Origin: Myxococcota bacterium
GTDB lineage: Bacteria > Myxococcota_A > UBA796 > UBA2385
Direction of reading: 5' to 3'
Length of the DNA: 64,000 nucleotides
Assembly (NCBI GenBank): GCA_044344255.1
Contig: JBIJDH010000024.1
Span: 1 to 64,000, forward strand
A program made the position numbers and the translations under genes. Below are positions 9,610 to 18,600 of this stretch, in pieces. Position 1 is the stretch's first letter. Every line of letters begins with the position of its first letter. The notes under the pieces were generated by a model, which worked only from the letters and a program-made list of their open reading frames with translations, had not been told where the DNA came from and did no database searches.

Positions 9610-11799
9610 TCAGGGGTGCGCGATGACCACCAGCGTCCGGCCCCGCCGGAGGGCGCAGCGCAGCGCGAGGCCCATGTTCTCGGGGTCGAGCGCCCCGAAG
9701 CTCTCGTCGAGCACGATGAGGTCTGCCTTCTGGAGGAGGGCACGGGCGAGGTAGAGGCGGCTCTTCTCGCCGTGGCTGAGCTGCCAGCCGCTCTCCCCCA
9801 CCATCTGCAACATGCCCGACGGCATCCGGTCGAGGAGGGGGCCGAGGCCCAGCTCGCGGCAGAGGACCTCGGCCTCGGCGATCTCCTCCTCGGCGGCCGG
9901 CCAGGAGCGGCCGAGCAGGAGGTTGAAGGCGAAGGTGCCGATGATGACGCGGTTCTCGTGAAACTGCGGCGCGGAGACGGCCCGCCGCCGCCACAGGGCC
10001 TCGCCGAGCGTGCGGCGGTCGAGGCCGCGGAGGAGGAGCAGCCCGCTGTCGGGCTGGCGGAGGCCCACGAGCAGCGAGGCGAGGGTGGACTTGCCGCCGC
10101 CCGAGGGCCCCTCGAGCAGCACCCGGTCGCCGTCGCGGAGCTCGAGCGTGGCCCCCTGCAGCACCGGCCGGCTGCGGCCCCCGTGCTGGAAGTGGAGCCC
10201 CACCATCTCGATGAGCTTGCGCCCGCGGGCGAGCTCGGCGGGGGGCGCCTCGGTGTGGGCGGCGAGGGCGGGGGCCCCCGGGGAGGGCGCGAGGCCCCCG
10301 GCGGTCCAGAGGGGCTGCACCTGCTCCCAGGCGACGAGGGCGTCGGTGAGGGCGCCGAGGCCCCCGGCGAAGCGGTGCAGGGCCCCGGTGGCCATCAGGA
10401 TCGCGCCGGAGGCCACCGCCACCGCGACCGAGGTGCCCGCGGAGAGGGTGGCGCCGAGGCCGAGCACGAGCAGGGCCGCGACCACCCAGCCGCGGGGCAG
10501 GAGGCTGCGGATGGTGACCTCGAGGCGGTCGAGCGAGGCCGAGCGCGCGAGGTAGCCCTCCAGCGCTTCATCCTCGGCGAGGTGCCAGCGGCTGGGGTGC
10601 TCCTGGGCGATGCGGCTGCGGTGGCCGACCATGCGCTCGACGAGGGTGTTCGTGAGGTGGGCGCGGTCGCGGGTCCAGAGCTGGCGCCGCCGGTAGAGGC
10701 GCTGCCCCAGCCCGAAGCCGAGCAGCACCCAGGCCCCGAGGAGCAGCGCCAGGGCGGGCTCCGCCGCGGCCACCAGCGCCGCCGCGAGGAGCGAGAGCTC
10801 GATGAGCGCGATGATGAGGAAGAAGCCGCCGTTGAGGGCGAGCGACTCCACCACCTCGGCCTCCACCACCGTGCCGAGCAGGGCGCCCGCCCCCTTGTGG
10901 CGCACCGCCTCGGGCGGGGTGCGGAGGGCGCCCGCCATCATGCGCAGCTTGAGGAAGGCGCCGGCGCCGATAGCGAGCCGGCCCTGGGCCCAGGTGCCGA
11001 GCATCGTGAAGGGCACGGTGGTGAGCAGGACAAGCGCCCAGGCCTGCATCCAGCCGGCGTCGAGGCGCCCGCGCAGCGAGCCCTCGCCGAGCATCCACCA
11101 GGCCCCGAGGCCGAGGGCGTACTGGGCGAGGTGCGTGGTGAGCAGCAGGGCCAGCGGAGGGAGCAGGCCCGACTGCCGCAGCAGGACCGAGAGCGGGGCG
11201 TGCGGCGGGGCGCGGAGGAGCCAGGCCTGGTCAAAGACGACCCCGCCGTACCGCTCGCGGGTGAGCTCCTCCCGCAGCCGGCCGCGGCGGCTCGCCTCCA
11301 CCTGGATGGTGTCGAGCATGGCCTCGATCGCGGGGCCCACGCGGGCGTCGAGGGCGCAGGACCAGCGCCGCCGCAGCGCGGCCACGGGCACGGTGAAGCG
11401 GTCGCCCGTGGGCCCGAGGAGGTGCAGCCGGTCGCGGCCCGCGGGCCCCAGCAGGCCGACATAGCCCGCAGGTTCCTCCACCCGCAGCAGGGCCGGCCCT
11501 GCGCGGCGGAAGAAGGTGTCGAGGTCCCGGAGCGGCGTCGAGACCTGCTCGACCTCGACCCGCAGCCAGCCCCCGGCTTCGTTCAGCCACGCGTGGACGT
11601 CTCCCAGGTCGGTCGGCGGGTGGCCGAGCGAGACCTCGGCGTGCGGCTCGAGCCCCGCCTCCCGCGCGAGGGCCTGGGTGAGATCGCCGAGGCGGTCGAG
11701 CGGCCAGCGCCACCGCTCCAGGGGGAGGCCGTCCGGCTCGCTCGAACGGGCGGGGGCGCGCGACGAGGCGCCGTCGGTGGGGCCAGGCTCGGCGCTCAT
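9610..11799 (-). CDS. ABC exporter, TMD + NBD, with a degenerate N-terminal domain
   Basis: Walker A GPSGGGKS, degenerate signature LSHGE, Walker B LIVLDESFGALD, terminal IAHP. ATGA overlap with the upstream gene's stop. Confidence 0.88.
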   Translation of the reverse strand: MSAEPGPTDGASSRAPARSSEPDGLPLERWRWPLDRLGDLTQALAREAGLEPHAEVSLGHPPTDLGDVHAWLNEAGGWLRVEVEQVSTPLRDLDTFFRRAGPALLRVEEPAGYVGLLGPAGRDRLHLLGPTGDRFTVPVAALRRRWSCALDARVGPAIEAMLDTIQVEASRRGRLREELTRERYGGVVFDQAWLLRAPPHAPLSVLLRQSGLLPPLALLLTTHLAQYALGLGAWWMLGEGSLRGRLDAGWMQAWALVLLTTVPFTMLGTWAQGRLAIGAGAFLKLRMMAGALRTPPEAVRHKGAGALLGTVVEAEVVESLALNGGFFLIIALIELSLLAAALVAAAEPALALLLGAWVLLGFGLGQRLYRRRQLWTRDRAHLTNTLVERMVGHRSRIAQEHPSRWHLAEDEALEGYLARSASLDRLEVTIRSLLPRGWVVAALLVLGLGATLSAGTSVAVAVASGAILMATGALHRFAGGLGALTDALVAWEQVQPLWTAGGLAPSPGAPALAAHTEAPPAELARGRKLIEMVGLHFQHGGRSRPVLQGATLELRDGDRVLLEGPSGGGKSTLASLLVGLRQPDSGLLLLRGLDRRTLGEALWRRRAVSAPQFHENRVIIGTFAFNLLLGRSWPAAEEEIAEAEVLCRELGLGPLLDRMPSGMLQMVGESGWQLSHGEKSRLYLARALLQKADLIVLDESFGALDPENMGLALRCALRRGRTLVVIAHP

Positions 11800-14495
11800 G
11801 GGCGCTCCCCGAGCCGGCCGCCCTCGAGCCAGAGGTGGCGCCACTCTGCGCTCTCCCAGAGGCCGCGCCGCACCGCCTCCTCGGCCTGCTGGAGCGCCCG
11901 CCAGCGGCTGTCTTCGCGGGTACGGAGCAGCGCGGGGTCACCGTCCTCGGCCACCCGCCCACCCTCGATCACGAGCACCCGGTCAAAGGCCTCGGTGTCG
12001 CCCACGTCGTGGGTGATGCAGAGCAGCGTCACCCCCTTCCAGCGTTCGCGCGCCCGGGCGAGGAGCAGGCGGCGCTTGTCACGGTCGAGACCCCGGAAGG
12101 GCTCGTCGAGGATCACGAGCCCGACGTCCTTGCGGAGGAGCGCCCTCCCCAGCCGCACCCGCTGACCCTGCCCGCCGCTGAGCAGGCCGCCGCTCTCGCC
12201 GAGCGGGGTCTGCAGCCCCTCCGGGAGCTCCTCGAGGACGCTGCGCAGGTCGGCCTCTTCGAGGACGTCGCCGATCGAGGCCGCCGCGGCGCCGTCGTTG
12301 CCGTATAGCAGGTTGTCGAGGAGGGGCTGGTTCCAGAGGTGGACGTCGGGGTCGACCCAGGCGACACGCTGGCGGAGCGTGGCCTGGAGCGCGGAGTCGA
12401 GCGGCTGCCCGTCGATGAGCACCACCCCCTCGACGGGCTTGTGCCAGCCGAGCAGCAGGCCGACGAGGCTCGACTTGCCGGCCCCCGAGGGCCCGACGAT
12501 GCCGACGTGGCTGCCGCGCGCGATGTCGAGGTCGATGCAGTCGAGGATGCGGTGGCCGCCCGCGACCACGCCCACCCCTTCGAGGCGGAGCGAGAGGGCG
12601 CCCGGGGGCAGCGCCGAGGGGAGGCCCGTCTGCTCGGCCTCCTCGGGGGCGCCGAGCGGCTCCATCAGGCGGTAGGCGACGTTGCGGAGGGCGGGGTACT
12701 GCCGCACCCCCTGCGCCACCGCGAGGCCTTGGGCGGGGAGCTGGAGCGCCCACCAGGCCACCAGCAGCGCGCCGCTCGCGCCCGCCAGCTCACCCTCTCC
12801 GCCGCCCTCGCCCGAGACGTGCCGGAAGAGGAGCAGGGCGGAGAGAGCGAGGCCGAGCAGCGCCTCGACGCCCTCGGCCAGCACGCTGATGTCTTGGAGG
12901 GAGAGGCCCGACCGCCGCCACTCTACGAGCAGGGATTCGTGCTCCCGCCGCATCGTGCGCTCGGCGCCGTGGGTGCGGATGGCCATCAGGCCGAGCAGGG
13001 CGTCGAGGTAGAGGCTCATGAGCGAGCCCGCCTGCGTGCGGAAGCGGAGGTCGCGCTCGTTCAAGAGCGGCTGGACGAGCAGGGGCACGGCGACCGAGAT
13101 CGCGGCCACCAGCAGGGCGAGGGGGCCAAGGGCGGGGTCCATCCAGGTGATGGCGACGGTGGTGAGGCCGAGGCCCACGGCGCTGCGCACCACCCCGGCC
13201 CCCACGGCCGGGAGCCGCCGCAGCGCGGAGACCGAGTGGCTGCGCTGTGTCATGTCCGAGACCTGGCGGCTCTGGAAGTAGCGGTCTCCGAGCAGCGGGA
13301 TCTTGCGGAAGAAGGCGAGGCGGAAGCGCCCCTCGAGATGCCGACCCATGCGGGCCACCGAGGCCTGCAGGCCCCCCTCGAGCGCCAGCATCACCACGGC
13401 GAAGACCACGATGACGAGCACGCCGCCGAGCTTCTGCTCCGCCGGGCCGAGCGTGCCGGCGACGCTGTAGAGGGCGCGGAAGAGCAGCGCCTCGACGAGC
13501 AGCCCCAGCGAGACGAGCAGCAGCGTCGCACCCACGCGCAGGGGGCCGGTGTGGCCGTCCTCTCGCAGCATCCCCCAGAGGGTCTGGAGCGGGCGGGTCG
13601 GCGCCTCGTCGAGGGCGGCGCGCAGCTCGGAGGGCAGCACGACCGGCGCGGCGTCGGCGGCCGGCTCCTTCAGCCCCCGAACCCGCAGGAGGACGGCGCC
13701 GCGCATGATGACCGAGGGCTCGGCCTCCTCGGCCCCCTCGGCCTCCTCAGCAGCGGGAGGGTCGGAGGAGGGCGCGACGGCGCTCCAGTAGACCGGCGGC
13801 ACCGTCACCGGGGGCTCCTCCGAGGCGGCCTGGGCGACGATCGCCGCCACGGCGCGCCCGGCCTCCGGCCCGGCCCTCACCGCGCCAACGCGGCCGAGGG
13901 CCTCGACCATCCGCACGGTGGCGTCGAGGGCGGCGATCGACCGCCAGTCGGGGTCGGCGTAGGCGCGGTCGAGCAGGCCGCGGGTGCTCTCCGCGTCCAC
14001 GCCGAGCGCGCCGAGGCGGGCCACGAGCGGCGCCCGGAACTCGTCCTCCGCGGCCCAGCTCCGCCATCCCTCGGCGGGGACCGGCATCTGGTGGACGTAG
14101 AGGAGCTCCTGGAGCGCCCGGAGGCGCATCCAGCGGCGGCCGCTCGCGGGGTCCATCACGAGCGCGAAGCCCCCCACCACGCGCCAGATGATCACGAAGT
14201 GGGTGAGGCCTTGCGGCAGGGTGATGACCGCGAGGGCCGGCAGGTAATCGCCCTCCGCCCGGAGCACGTGGTCGCGGGGCACCACGACCTGCTCGGCGTC
14301 GAGGCCGAGCATCACGGCGAGGTCCTCGAGCGTGTCGATCGAGGTCCCGTCCACGCTCGTCTGGCAGGCCTCGCGCAAGCGGCCGTAGCTCACGTTCACG
14401 CCGAAGCCGCCGAGCAGGGCCTTCAACGAGGCCGGCCCGCAGTCCATGTTCGAGGTCTGCACGACCTCGGGGACCCACCAGCTTCGCTCCACCAT
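11796..14495 (-). CDS. Peptidase C39-containing ABC transporter (PCAT)
   Basis: QTSNMDCGPASL (catalytic Cys), HFVI (His), VMDPASG (Asp). TM helices, GPSGAGKS, LSGGQ, VILDEPF, ITHD. Confidence 0.92.
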   Translation of the reverse strand: MVERSWWVPEVVQTSNMDCGPASLKALLGGFGVNVSYGRLREACQTSVDGTSIDTLEDLAVMLGLDAEQVVVPRDHVLRAEGDYLPALAVITLPQGLTHFVIIWRVVGGFALVMDPASGRRWMRLRALQELLYVHQMPVPAEGWRSWAAEDEFRAPLVARLGALGVDAESTRGLLDRAYADPDWRSIAALDATVRMVEALGRVGAVRAGPEAGRAVAAIVAQAASEEPPVTVPPVYWSAVAPSSDPPAAEEAEGAEEAEPSVIMRGAVLLRVRGLKEPAADAAPVVLPSELRAALDEAPTRPLQTLWGMLREDGHTGPLRVGATLLLVSLGLLVEALLFRALYSVAGTLGPAEQKLGGVLVIVVFAVVMLALEGGLQASVARMGRHLEGRFRLAFFRKIPLLGDRYFQSRQVSDMTQRSHSVSALRRLPAVGAGVVRSAVGLGLTTVAITWMDPALGPLALLVAAISVAVPLLVQPLLNERDLRFRTQAGSLMSLYLDALLGLMAIRTHGAERTMRREHESLLVEWRRSGLSLQDISVLAEGVEALLGLALSALLLFRHVSGEGGGEGELAGASGALLVAWWALQLPAQGLAVAQGVRQYPALRNVAYRLMEPLGAPEEAEQTGLPSALPPGALSLRLEGVGVVAGGHRILDCIDLDIARGSHVGIVGPSGAGKSSLVGLLLGWHKPVEGVVLIDGQPLDSALQATLRQRVAWVDPDVHLWNQPLLDNLLYGNDGAAAASIGDVLEEADLRSVLEELPEGLQTPLGESGGLLSGGQGQRVRLGRALLRKDVGLVILDEPFRGLDRDKRRLLLARARERWKGVTLLCITHDVGDTEAFDRVLVIEGGRVAEDGDPALLRTREDSRWRALQQAEEAVRRGLWESAEWRHLWLEGGRLGERP

Positions 14496-14498
14496 GGC

Positions 14499-15653
14499 CT
14501 ACTGGCCCTTCCGAGCGAGGTTCCCGGCGGCTCGCAGCACGAGGGTGGCGGGCGAGACCGCCTCGATGGCCACCTCCACCTCGCCCTCGAGGCCGTGCTG
14601 CGCCGGGATGGCCGAGCCCTCGGTGGGGCCGATCGCCAGCTCCACCCGGATGCGCCCGTCCGTGGGCTCGGAGGCCACCCGATCGACCGCGGCGGGGAGG
14701 CTCCCGTACTCGATCCAGGGGAAACCATCGAGGCGGAGGTGGGCGGGCATGCCGGGGCGGATGCGCCCGACCGAGGCCCGGGGCTCGAACCAGGCGACGA
14801 CACGGAGCGGGCCGTCGGGCACCACCGCCCCGACACGCGCCCCGCGAGGGAGGAAGTCGCCTGGTTGGAAGGTGGAGATCGCGCCGATGCGACCGGTGAC
14901 GGGCGCGCGGAGCTGGTGCCGCTCCACCTCCCGATCGAGGCGAGCGATCGCGGCCTCGGCGGCCCCGAGCTCGCCCGTCAGCCGCGCCACCTCTTGCTCG
15001 AGCGCCTGGAGCACGGACTGCCGGTCGCCGCGGTCGAGCTCCCCCTCGAAGCCGACCCGCCGCACCCCCTGGAGCAGCGCCTCCGCCTCGGCCCGCTTCT
15101 GGTCGGCCTCGGCGATGGCGCGCTCGTGGTCGGCCGAAGAGAGGCTCCCGCTGGCGGCGAGCGCCTCGGCGCGGGCCCGATCGGCCTCGGCGAGGCGCGC
15201 GGCGGCGGCGGCCTCCTGCGCCCAGCTCCTCGCCTCGGCGATGGCCGCAGAGGAGGCGGTCTCCGAGCTGTCCAGGGCGCCCTGGATGGCGTCCCGGTGC
15301 GCGGTGGCGGCGCCGAGGGTGGCGAGCAGCGCGCTGTGGCGGGCCTCCACCTCCTGGAGCTGGAGCTCGAGGTCGGAGGCGTCGAGCTCGAGGATCACGT
15401 CCCCCTCCGCCACCTCGTCGTCGAGGCCCACAAAGACCGCCACCACTCGCCCATCGACGTCCGCCTCGAGCGGCCGCGCGGCCTCCAGGGACTCGAGGCG
15501 GGCGGCGACCGAGGTCTCGTAGACGGTCACCTCCGCCAGCGTGAACCAGAGGCTCCAGAGGCCGAAGAGCAGCCCGCCCACGACCGCTACGCCGAGGCGG
15601 CCGCCAGGGTCAGCCTCGAGGGCGCGCAGGGTCCGTGGGAAGGGGTTCGACAG
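14499..15653 (-). CDS. HlyD-family membrane fusion protein
   Basis: Single TM, lipoyl-like hybrid motifs (VDGRVVAV..VAEGDVILELD; LRAPVTGRI), coiled coil, LDGFPWIEYG. The frame is open upstream to a CTG at 15653 (LSNPFPRTLRALEAD); the start is uncertain (alternative GTG at 15581). Confidence 0.85.
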   Translation of the reverse strand: MSNPFPRTLRALEADPGGRLGVAVVGGLLFGLWSLWFTLAEVTVYETSVAARLESLEAARPLEADVDGRVVAVFVGLDDEVAEGDVILELDASDLELQLQEVEARHSALLATLGAATAHRDAIQGALDSSETASSAAIAEARSWAQEAAAAARLAEADRARAEALAASGSLSSADHERAIAEADQKRAEAEALLQGVRRVGFEGELDRGDRQSVLQALEQEVARLTGELGAAEAAIARLDREVERHQLRAPVTGRIGAISTFQPGDFLPRGARVGAVVPDGPLRVVAWFEPRASVGRIRPGMPAHLRLDGFPWIEYGSLPAAVDRVASEPTDGRIRVELAIGPTEGSAIPAQHGLEGEVEVAIEAVSPATLVLRAAGNLARKGQ

Positions 15654-15660
15654 CGGGGCC

Positions 15661-18600
15661 TCAGCAGCCGGAGTTGGTGGTGCCCGGGGTGCCGTGGTCC
15701 TGCAGGCTGATCGAGCCCGTGGTCTTGCACCAGTTGGCCGAGCTGTCGTTGCCGCTGCTCGTCATCGCCGAGCTCTTGAGCTCCATGCTGTAGCCAGAGG
15801 CGAAGGGCCAGCCCGAGGTGTAGCTCACCTGGTCGATGATCGAGAAGCCGACCGTGATGTAGAGGTCGTCCGCCGAGTTGCTCAGCGCGAGGCTGGAGCC
15901 GTAGGCCCAGTCCACGCTCACGCCGCCCATGATCGTCGAGCTGCCGGAGCGCCCCATCACCGCGTAGCCGTAGGCGGGGACCAGGAGCTGATCGGTGATC
16001 TGCGAGTAGATGCCGGTCAGGTAACCATTGTCGGCGATGACCCAGCCGCACATCCGAATGTCGGTGCTGCTCGTGTTGTAGACCTCGAACCACTCGCCAT
16101 TGGGATCCACCACCCCGGCCGGGTTGGGCATGATCTCGGAGATGATGAGCTCACCCGCCGTGATGACCCCCTCGTCGCAGGTGTTGTCACAGTCGTTGTC
16201 GTAGCCGTCGCGGACCTCGGTGGCGCCGGAGTAGACGGTGTCTACCGTGTCGTCACAGTCGGTGCCGCCGTAGGCGGTGGCGTTCGCTCCGTCGTAGTCC
16301 TGATCGTAGTCGGAGAGGCCGTCGCAGTTGCTGTCGCGGCCGTCGTACCAGGTCTCGAGCGCCCCCGGGTAGACCGAGGAATTCGAGTCGTCACAGTCCG
16401 TCGCCGAGGTCACGTAGCCGGTGTCCTGGTCGCAGAGGGCCTGGGTGCTCGTCCCTCCGTAGGTGTCGCCGTCGGAGTCGAGGAAGTAGGTGGTCTTGGT
16501 GGCGGCCGAGGCGGTGCTGTCGTCGTTGTCGGAGAGGCCGTCGCAGTCCTCGTCGGTGTCGGCGGCGTCACAGACCTCGGTGGCGGCGGGGCTGATCGCG
16601 GGGTTGGCGTCGTCGCAGTCGGTCGAGGCGAGCGAGTAGCCGGACACGAGGTTGCAGGCCTTGACGCTGGTGGAGGATCCGTACGCGTCACCGTCCCCGT
16701 CGATATAGAACGTGTACTTCGTCGAGGACTTGGTGCTCGAGTCGAGGTCGTCCGACAGGCCGTCGCAGTCCTCATCGGCGTCCGAGCTGTCACAGATCTC
16801 GGTCGCGCCGGGGTTGATGGCGGCCTTGGTGTCGTCGCAGTCGGTGTCCAGCGCCGAGTAGCCGCTCGGCAGGTCGCAGTAGGCGCCGCTGGTGCTCCCG
16901 CCGTAGGTGTCACCGTCATAATCCAGATAGAACGAAGTCTTCGTGGCCGACGAGGCCGAGCTGTCGAGGTTGTCGGAGACACCGTCGCAGTCTTCGTCGG
17001 TGTTGAGGGCGTCGCAGAGCTCGGTGGCGCCGGGGTTCACGGCGGCCGCGCCGTCGTCACAGTCCTCATCGAGGGCGGCGTAGCCGACCGGCCGGTCACA
17101 GGCCTGAGAGGCGGCGCCGACCCCGTAGCCGTCGCTGTCTCCGTCGGCGTACCAGCTCGACATGCCACCCGCGGCGGCAGAGCCGTCGAGGTCGTCGGTG
17201 AGCCCGTCACAGTCCTCATCGGTGTTGGCGGCGTCGCAGATCTCCTGAGCGGCGGGGTTGATCGCCGCCTTCGTGTCATCACAGTCGAGGGGGAGGGCCG
17301 CGAAGCCGGTGGGCTGGTCACAGGTGGTGGCCGTGACGGTGGTGCCGTAGGTGTCGCCGTCGGCGTCCTGGTACCAGGTGGTCTTCGTGCTCGCCGTGAC
17401 CGAGCTGTCGAGGTCGTCGGTGAGGCCGTCACAGTCCTCATCGAGGTTCAGGCTGTCACAGACCTCGGTGCCGGCCGGGTTCACGCTGGCCCGGGTGTCG
17501 TCACAGTCGGTGGTGTTCGTCGCGTAGGCGGTGGGCTGGTCGCAAAAGGCGACCGCTGCGGTGGTGCCATAGGTGTCGCGGTCGCTGTCCACATAGTAGA
17601 GGCTCATCGTGGTCGCGAGCGAGGTGGGGTCGTTGTTGTCGGCGACCCCGTCGCAGTCTTCGTCCGTGTTCGCGGCGTCACAGACCTCCTGGGCCGCCGG
17701 GTTCACCGCGGCCTTGCTGTCATCACAGTCGCTCGCCACGGTGGAGTAGCCGGTGGGGAGGTCGCAGTACTGAGCGGTGGTGGTGCTCCCGTAGGTGTCC
17801 CCGTCACTGTCCAGGTACCAGCTCGCCTTCGTGGAGGCGAGCGACGAGCTGTCGTCGTTGTCTGACTTGCCGTCGCAGTCCTCGTCGGTGTTCGCGGCGT
17901 CGCAGACCTCCTGGGCGCCGGGGTTGATGGCGGCGACGCCATCGTTACAGTCGGTCGAGGTGGAGAGGTAGCCCGACGGCATGTCACAGTAGCTCCCCGA
18001 GGTGGGCCCGCCGTAGCCGTCACTGTCGGCGTCCTGGTAGCCGGTCGACTTGCCGCTGGAGAGCGTGGTGCTGTCGGCGTCGTCCGACGTGCCGTCGCAG
18101 TCCTCGTCGGTGTTGGCGGCGTCGCAGATCTCCTGGGCGCCCGGGTTGATCGCGACCGCGCCGTCGTTACAGTCGCTGGAGCTGGTGACGTAGCCGGTGG
18201 GCTGGTCGCAGGCGGCGACGGCCATGGAGAGCAGTCCGTAGCCGTCGGAGTCGCCGTCCCGGTACCAGGGGGTGGTGGTGGCCGTCGAGACCGAGCTGTC
18301 GGCGTCGTCGGCGCGGCCGTCGCAGTCCTCATCGACGTTGACCGCGTCACAGACCTCGGTGGCGCCCGGGTTCACGCCGATGGCCGCGTCGTTACAGTCG
18401 CCGCCGGTGAGAACGTAGCCCACGGGCTTCGCACATTGGGCGACGGAGGTGGAGCTGTCGCCGTAGCCGTCACCGTCCACGTCGCGGTACCAGGTGACGG
18501 CGCCGGTTGCGGTGGCATCGTCGGTGAGGCCGTCGCAATTGTTGTCGATGCCGTCGCAGATCTCCGTGGCGCCGGGGTTGACGCCGATAGAAGCGTCATC

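Noticed and set aside
12339..15710. 1123-aa plus-strand ORF (and 9490..12165)
   Set aside because: Antisense shadows of the ABC/HlyD genes, typical of high-GC DNA, with no motifs.
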